This document shows positions 58,452 to 64,000 of a stretch of DNA of 64,000 nt, piece by piece. The stretch comes from Candidatus Latescibacterota bacterium. GTDB taxonomy: Bacteria; Latescibacterota; UBA2968; UBA8231. The notes below the pieces were generated by a model. That model was not told the origin of the DNA. It did not search any database and was given only the letters and a program-made list of their open reading frames with translations. The first letter of the stretch is position 1, and the number at the start of each line of letters is the position of its first letter. The stretch lies in the NCBI GenBank assembly GCA_965203175.1, contig OZ241867.1:5280001-5344000 (forward strand), given 5' to 3'. The translations under genes and the position numbers were made by a program.

Positions 58452-60281
58452 TTACCGATACTGCTTCGCCTGAGTATTGAACATCTGCGCGTACCTGCCG
58501 TCCTCGGCCAAGAGTTGCTCGTGACTCCCCTGCTCGACAAGCTCTCCCTGCTGCAGAACGAGAATGTGATCGGCCATGCGCACGGTGGAGAAGCGGTGAG
58601 AGATAAAGATAGCCGTGCGGTCCGACGTGAGCTCGGCGAAGCGCGAGAAAACATCGCGTTCAGCAAACGCATCGAGAGCGGCTGTAGGCTCGTCCAAAAT
58701 GAGCACCTCCGCCTCTTTCATAAACGCACGACTCAGCGCAATCTTCTGCCACTCGCCACCAGACAGATCAACCCCCTCGTCGAATTCCTTTCCCAAGATT
58801 GTGTCGTATCCCTTCGGCAGACCCTTGATGAGGTCCGAGGCACCACCCTCGTATGACGCGCGTTCGATCCGATCATCATCGTCCAACAGATCCACTTGAC
58901 CAAAGCCGACGTTCTCCTTGGCAGAGAGATCGTAGCGAACAAAATCCTGGAAAATCACCCCGATTTGGCGGCGCAGGCCTGCCAGATCGTATTCCCGAAG
59001 ATCTCGTCCATCCAAGTAAATACCACCTTCTGTGGGGTCGTAGAACCGCGCTAGTAGCTTGACGAGGGTCGTCTTGCCAGCTCCGTTTTCCCCAACAACG
59101 GCTACCGACTCGCGCACCCCGATAGTAAAAGAGACGTTCTTTAATACATCCTTGTCGGAGCCTGGATAGCGGAAAGAAACATTTCTGAACTCAATGCTCT
59201 GAGTTAGGCGATCTGGAACTGGTGCAGGCGACGCGGGAGGCGGCGTTAGCGCCCCTTCAACCGAGCGGGGGTCGAGGTCGAGAAACCGGAAGAGAATCCC
59301 GGCGAAGATCGTATGCTCGTAGAACAGCCCAAGATTCCTGAACAGACTGGAGAACCCAGACCGTCCCTGCTCGGCAGCCTGGAATGCAAGCGCCACGGTG
59401 CCCACGCTGATATGGCCACCCACGGCTCGTACAACGGCGTAAGCCCAGATGGAGGCTGTCCCTATCATCGTAATCAATCCTAGAAGAAAACCGAATCGTT
59501 CCTCGGCAAATCGGAGGCGCAATGTTTCCTTGCTGAATAACTCCCAGAAATTCCTGAATCGTCTCAACAATTCCTCGTGCAGTGCGAAGATGCGGATCTC
59601 CTTGACCGCCTCACGAGAGGCGAGTATACGCGACAGGTATTCTGCCATACGCCGATTACTAGCCCTTGCTCCGAACAATGAGAAACGCCTTCCGGCGTAA
59701 TGACCGCCAACGATCACCTGCGGTGCCGCAGTGACGAGCAGTATTATTGGCGCTGCCCAGTGCACTGAGAGCAGTACTGCCAACATGGCTATAAGTCCGG
59801 TCAATGAGGAGACGATTAGCAGGGACAAGATAGCGAGATTATGGGAGCGGTAGATTTCACTCCTGGCCTTCTCCATCTCATCAAAAAAGACCGAGTTCTC
59901 GAAGAAGGCGATGTCGAGCTGAGCCGCCTTCCTTAAGATCAAATACTGGCTGTGGTTGCCGGCAAGGAACCCGACTTTTTCCTGCAGCCCAGTCGCTGCC
60001 GCGCTACATATAGAACCCAGAATCCAAACGCCGAAAACACCAGCAACCGGTATTAGCAACCCGATCCAGTCCACTGCGGCTCCACCCCCATCACTCACGG
60101 CGCTGACTACGTTGTCGATGACAATCTTGGTGATCCAGACCTGTGCAGCCGGAACCACAGCACCGAGTATACTCACCCCGATAGCTAGGATAGCGTGCGC
60201 CCCGGCCGCATCCCAAACTAGGCGGACGCACCGAGGGTAATATTCGATTATCTGGGCTATGGGCCGTAGAATCGCGAGCAC
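58452..60281 (-). CDS. ABC exporter, fused permease/ATP-binding protein
   Basis: 6-TM domain, GENGAGKT, LSGGEWQK, ILDEPT, ISHR. Confidence 0.92.
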   Translation of the reverse strand: MLAILRPIAQIIEYYPRCVRLVWDAAGAHAILAIGVSILGAVVPAAQVWITKIVIDNVVSAVSDGGGAAVDWIGLLIPVAGVFGVWILGSICSAAATGLQEKVGFLAGNHSQYLILRKAAQLDIAFFENSVFFDEMEKARSEIYRSHNLAILSLLIVSSLTGLIAMLAVLLSVHWAAPIILLVTAAPQVIVGGHYAGRRFSLFGARASNRRMAEYLSRILASREAVKEIRIFALHEELLRRFRNFWELFSKETLRLRFAEERFGFLLGLITMIGTASIWAYAVVRAVGGHISVGTVALAFQAAEQGRSGFSSLFRNLGLFYEHTIFAGILFRFLDLDPRSVEGALTPPPASPAPVPDRLTQSIEFRNVSFRYPGSDKDVLKNVSFTIGVRESVAVVGENGAGKTTLVKLLARFYDPTEGGIYLDGRDLREYDLAGLRRQIGVIFQDFVRYDLSAKENVGFGQVDLLDDDDRIERASYEGGASDLIKGLPKGYDTILGKEFDEGVDLSGGEWQKIALSRAFMKEAEVLILDEPTAALDAFAERDVFSRFAELTSDRTAIFISHRFSTVRMADHILVLQQGELVEQGSHEQLLAEDGRYAQMFNTQAKQYR

Positions 60282-60425
60282 TGAGCCTCCCCTATCCGAC
60301 GTCGTAGTCTGACTTCTATATACACATACTTACTACACACTCGGTCAAGGCTGGCGTCTGCCACCAAATTAGCAAAATTTTGCCCTCTTCTTTACTTTCG
60401 TTCATAATCCCTCAACCAACATAAT

Positions 60426-61514
60426 ATGCCACTCTACTTCTTAACCTTACTCCTAGTCACCACCGCCGCCGCTGACACCTGGAACACCTTCCGCGGCAAT
60501 CCCCAACTCACCGGCGTCGCCACCTCCGACCTCGCCCCACCCCTAACGCTACTGTGGGCCTACTCCACCCAAGACGCCATCGAATCCACCGCCGCCATCC
60601 ACGAAGGTACGGTGTACGTCGGCTCACTCGACGGCCAGCTCTATGCACTTGACTTGCACACCGGCGCGCTAGCGTGGCAGTACCAAGCCGACGGCGAAAT
60701 CAAGTCCTCCCCCACCATCGCCGACAGCACCGTGTACTTCGGCGACGAAGCCGGCACCTTCCACGCCGTCGCCATCCAAAGCGGTCAGCGCCGCTGGACT
60801 TTCGCCGCCGACGCTGGCATCATCTCCTCAGCCAACCATGCCGACGACCGTCTCTACTTTGGCAGCTACGACCAGCACCTGTACTGCCTCGATGCAACCG
60901 CCGGGACCCTGATTTGGAAAATCGCCACAGAGGGATATATTCACAGTACGCCGGCGCTGTATAAAAACCGAGTCGCCGTAGCCGGTTGCGACGGATACTT
61001 GCGGCTTTTGAATGTCACCGACGGCACACACCACCAGCGGCTTGAGCTAGGCGGGTACGTGGCTTCTAGCGCCGCCATCCAAGCGGGACGCGCGTACCTA
61101 GGCACCTTTGGCAACGAAGTACTCGGCATCGATTTAGACACAGGAGCAATCCGCTGGCGCTACGCCCACGCGGTGCGGAAATTCCCGTTTTACTCGTCGC
61201 CAGCCGTTGCCGACCAAGCAGTCGTCATCGGCGGCCGGGACAAACTCGTACACGCCCTCGACCCGCAAACTGGCCAATCCTTGTGGACCTTTGCCGCAGG
61301 AGCGCGGGTGGATTCATCGCCGGTCATCGCCGGTGATTATATTTACGTAGGTGCCCGTGCGCTCATCGCCCTCGCCCTCGCATCGGGCGCGGAAGTCTGG
61401 CGCTTTGAAACGGGCGCAGCCATCGCCGCTTCACCGGCCATCGCCGCTGGCCGACTCGTCATTGGAGCCACCGACGGCGTGCTGTATTGTTTTGGGAAAG
61501 AAATCAAACCATGA
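60426..61514 (+). CDS. Secreted PQQ-like (BamB-like) beta-propeller protein
   Basis: Signal peptide, W.TFRGNPQLTG, about 8 repeats of SSP....VY.GS.DG.LYALD..TG...W. Confidence 0.85.
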   Translation: MPLYFLTLLLVTTAAADTWNTFRGNPQLTGVATSDLAPPLTLLWAYSTQDAIESTAAIHEGTVYVGSLDGQLYALDLHTGALAWQYQADGEIKSSPTIADSTVYFGDEAGTFHAVAIQSGQRRWTFAADAGIISSANHADDRLYFGSYDQHLYCLDATAGTLIWKIATEGYIHSTPALYKNRVAVAGCDGYLRLLNVTDGTHHQRLELGGYVASSAAIQAGRAYLGTFGNEVLGIDLDTGAIRWRYAHAVRKFPFYSSPAVADQAVVIGGRDKLVHALDPQTGQSLWTFAAGARVDSSPVIAGDYIYVGARALIALALASGAEVWRFETGAAIAASPAIAAGRLVIGATDGVLYCFGKEIKP

Positions 61515-62848
61515 GTTCACTCGGCAGCGACCCAGCAACCACCCGCGCCGACCGCACTGAAACCGAGGTCGGCAGCGTCTTTGTCTCCAACTACCCGGCC
61601 TATTCATTTTGGAGTGAGGAGGACGTGCCACAGGCACATCGCGCACTCGCCGACTCGCCACATCCCGACACCAAACTCGGCCTCTACCTCCACATCCCCT
61701 TCTGCCGCAAGCGCTGCAAGTTCTGCTACTTCCGCGTTTACACGGACAAAAACAGCCAGCAGATTCAGACCTACTTAGACGCCCTCGCCCGCGAGGTGGA
61801 ACACTACGCCCAACAGCCAGCGATCAAAGACCGGCCACTGCACTTTATCTACTTCGGCGGCGGCACTCCTTCTTACATCAGTTCGCGCCACCTGCGCTCC
61901 TTAGTCCAGCGCCTCAAAGACGCCATGTCCTGGGACCACGCCGACGAAATCGCCTTTGAGTGCGAGCCGGGCACCCTGACTCAAGCCAAATTGGAAGCCA
62001 TCCGCGCCATCGGCGTCACCCGCCTCAGCCTGGGAATAGAAAACCTCGACGACGAGATTCTGCGCCACAACGGCCGCGCCCACGTCAGCAAGGAAATCTA
62101 CCAAGTCATGCCTTGGATCCACGCGCTCGCCTTCGATCAGGTCAACGTCGATCTGATCGCCGGCATGGTCGGCGAGACGTGGCCGAGCTGGCGTCAGACT
62201 GTGCAAAAAACCATCGAGTTCGACCCCGATAGCGTCACCGTCTATCAGATGGAGCTACCCTACAACACGGTCTATTCCAAGGATCTGCTCGCTGGCGACG
62301 GCGAGCCGCTATCCTTAGCCGACTGGAAGACCAAGCGCGCCTGGCACGCCTATGCCTTCGAGCAATTATCCGCTGCCGGATACGTGCGTTCGAGCGCCTA
62401 CACCATGAAAAAAACGCCCGACGCCCGCTTCGTGTACCGCGACGCCGTGTGGACCGGCCAAGACATGATCGGCACCGGCGTCGCCTCCTTCTCGCACCTG
62501 AGCGGCGTCCACTACCAGAATGCGCCGCAGTGGGACGAGTACCTCGCCGCCATCGACTGCGGCAACCTCCCCATCCACCGCGCCTTCGCCACCAACCGCG
62601 AAGAACAACTCACCCGCGAGGTGATCCTCCAGCTCAAATTAGGCGCGCTGGACACCGCGTATTTCCGCGCCAAATTCGGAGTCGATATCGTCGCCCACTT
62701 CGCCACTGCACTCAGCGGCCTGCGCGACGAAGGCATGCTCCAATTCGACACCAACGCGATTGAACTGACCGATGAGGGCCTCATGCGCGTCGATCAGCTC
62801 CTGCCCGACTTTTACCAAACCCAATACCGCAACGCACGCTATACCTAA
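61511..62848 (+). CDS. HemN-like (class C) radical SAM enzyme
   Basis: YLHIPFCRKRCKFCYF (CxxxCxxC), YFGGGTPS, RLSLG, DLIAG, C-terminal LTDEG. Confidence 0.85.
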   Translation: MSSLGSDPATTRADRTETEVGSVFVSNYPAYSFWSEEDVPQAHRALADSPHPDTKLGLYLHIPFCRKRCKFCYFRVYTDKNSQQIQTYLDALAREVEHYAQQPAIKDRPLHFIYFGGGTPSYISSRHLRSLVQRLKDAMSWDHADEIAFECEPGTLTQAKLEAIRAIGVTRLSLGIENLDDEILRHNGRAHVSKEIYQVMPWIHALAFDQVNVDLIAGMVGETWPSWRQTVQKTIEFDPDSVTVYQMELPYNTVYSKDLLAGDGEPLSLADWKTKRAWHAYAFEQLSAAGYVRSSAYTMKKTPDARFVYRDAVWTGQDMIGTGVASFSHLSGVHYQNAPQWDEYLAAIDCGNLPIHRAFATNREEQLTREVILQLKLGALDTAYFRAKFGVDIVAHFATALSGLRDEGMLQFDTNAIELTDEGLMRVDQLLPDFYQTQYRNARYT

Positions 62849-62861
62849 GTAGGAGGTACCA

Positions 62862-64000
62862 TTGAAAAGCGCGATCTCACTTCTATTGTTCCTGACCGCC
62901 ACCGCACAAGCGGCCGACTGGCCCCAGTGGCTTGGCCCCCAGCGCAACGGCATCTCCAGCGAAACCGGCCTCTTCACCGCCGAGCAACCTTTTGCAGAAG
63001 CATGGCGCGTCCCGCTCGGCAATGGCTTCTCCGGCATCTCCGTCGCCGACGGGAGGGTCTTCACCATGTTCGCCCGAGGCGACGACGAGTTCGCCATCTG
63101 CCTCGATGCCGAAACCGGCAATGAGATCTGGCGTCACCGCACCGGTCCTTACTACAAGGAAACCCAAGGCGGCGACGGCCCGCGCTCGACGCCCACCGTC
63201 GATGGTGAGACCGTCTATGTACTCGGTGCCACCGGCAAGCTCTTTGCACTCGCAGCCGCGAGTGGCACGCCGATCTGGGAAAAGGACTTGGTCGCCGAGT
63301 TCAGCAGCCAAGTGCCGAGGTGGGGGTTTAGCACCTCCCCATTAGTCGAAGGCGACCTGCTCCTAGTCGAAGCCGGCGGCCACGACGGCAACTTCGTCGT
63401 CGATATGGCCATCGACCGCACAACCCCGGTCACCGCCGTAGCCCTCGACAAAGCTACCGGCGCAACCGTTTGGACCGCCCTCAACGAAAAGATGAGCTAT
63501 TCATCGCCCATCGCCTTCACTGCGGCCGGCACCCGCCAACTCGCCTATTTCACGGCTTATTCGCTTACCGGCCTAGCGCCGGAAGACGGTCGCGTTTACT
63601 GGCGCTACCCTTGGAAAACCCGCTACGACGTCAGCGCGGCGACGCCCGTTTTCATCGCGCCCGACCGAATTTTTATTTCCACCGTCAACAGCAACGGCGG
63701 CACGGTCTTGCAAATCAAGGGCAACGGCGACAGCCTCGCCGTCGAGCAGATTTGGCAAAACAAAAAGATGGAAAACGAGTTCGGCACCTCGGTCCTCTAC
63801 GAGAACCATCTCTACGGCTTTGGCGGCTCAATCCTCAAGTGCCTCGACGCCGCGACCGGCGAAGAAAAGTGGAAGACCCGAGGCTACGCCAAGGGCACCC
63901 TGCTCATCGCCGATGGCCATCTCATCATCTTGGGCGAACAAGGCAATCTCGGCATAGCCGAAGCCACGCCCGAAGGCTTTGTCGAAAAGGCTAGCTACCC
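62862..64000 (+). CDS. Secreted PQQ-like beta-propeller protein (runs off window end)
   Basis: Manual translation from TTG 62862 after AGGAGG gives MKSAISLLLFLTATAQAADWPQWLGPQRNGIS...GPRSTPTVDG. Confidence 0.85.
   Translation, partial: MKSAISLLLFLTATAQAADWPQWLGPQRNGISSETGLFTAEQPFAEAWRVPLGNGFSGISVADGRVFTMFARGDDEFAICLDAETGNEIWRHRTGPYYKETQGGDGPRSTPTVDGETVYVLGATGKLFALAAASGTPIWEKDLVAEFSSQVPRWGFSTSPLVEGDLLLVEAGGHDGNFVVDMAIDRTTPVTAVALDKATGATVWTALNEKMSYSSPIAFTAAGTRQLAYFTAYSLTGLAPEDGRVYWRYPWKTRYDVSAATPVFIAPDRIFISTVNSNGGTVLQIKGNGDSLAVEQIWQNKKMENEFGTSVLYENHLYGFGGSILKCLDAATGEEKWKTRGYAKGTLLIADGHLIILGEQGNLGIAEATPEGFVEKASY

Larger units (their letters stand above)
52634..60425. mobile_element. Accessory island B inserted between the Fe-ADH and propeller genes
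   Basis: Lower GC, all cargo on the minus strand, TA pair and defence-like gene; no integrase seen. Confidence 0.55.

Noticed and set aside
1-64000. CRISPR arrays, tRNA/rRNA genes, IS elements, prophage genes
   Set aside because: No regularly spaced repeats, cloverleaf or rRNA signatures, transposase, integrase or phage structural motifs were recognised by eye; a dedicated scan could still find short elements.

Overview
GC-rich bacterial window of about 55 genes. The lineage is probably FCB-group or a candidate phylum (Latescibacterota/Handelsmanbacteria-like); this is inferred only from the UBact locus and the 'YPNPFN' FlgD-Ig-tailed secreted proteins. Housekeeping and catabolic genes (nadB, gatB, cysS, lepB, oxidoreductases) sit around a complete UBact-proteasome operon (arc-dop-ubact-prcB-prcA-pafA). 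A plus-strand cluster of unknown function encodes four PQQ-type beta-propellers, an EhpF/GriC-like adenylating enzyme, an EhpG/GriD-like aldehyde-dehydrogenase-fold reductase, an Fe-alcohol dehydrogenase and a HemN-like radical SAM enzyme. Two integrase-free accessory islands split this cluster. The five small islands in the window carry toxin-antitoxin and defence genes and gene fragments: Phd-VapC-FRG/TPR, a Dcm fragment fused to Fic, Xre-RES, AbiEi with a dead AbiEii, orphan antitoxins, a HEPN-like protein and a Cap4-like nuclease-STAND NTPase. Several island junctions show a mirror-image G/C skew in the flanking core genes. No rRNA, tRNA, CRISPR array, integrase or transposase was recognised. 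All calls come from motif recognition by eye; no database searches were run.
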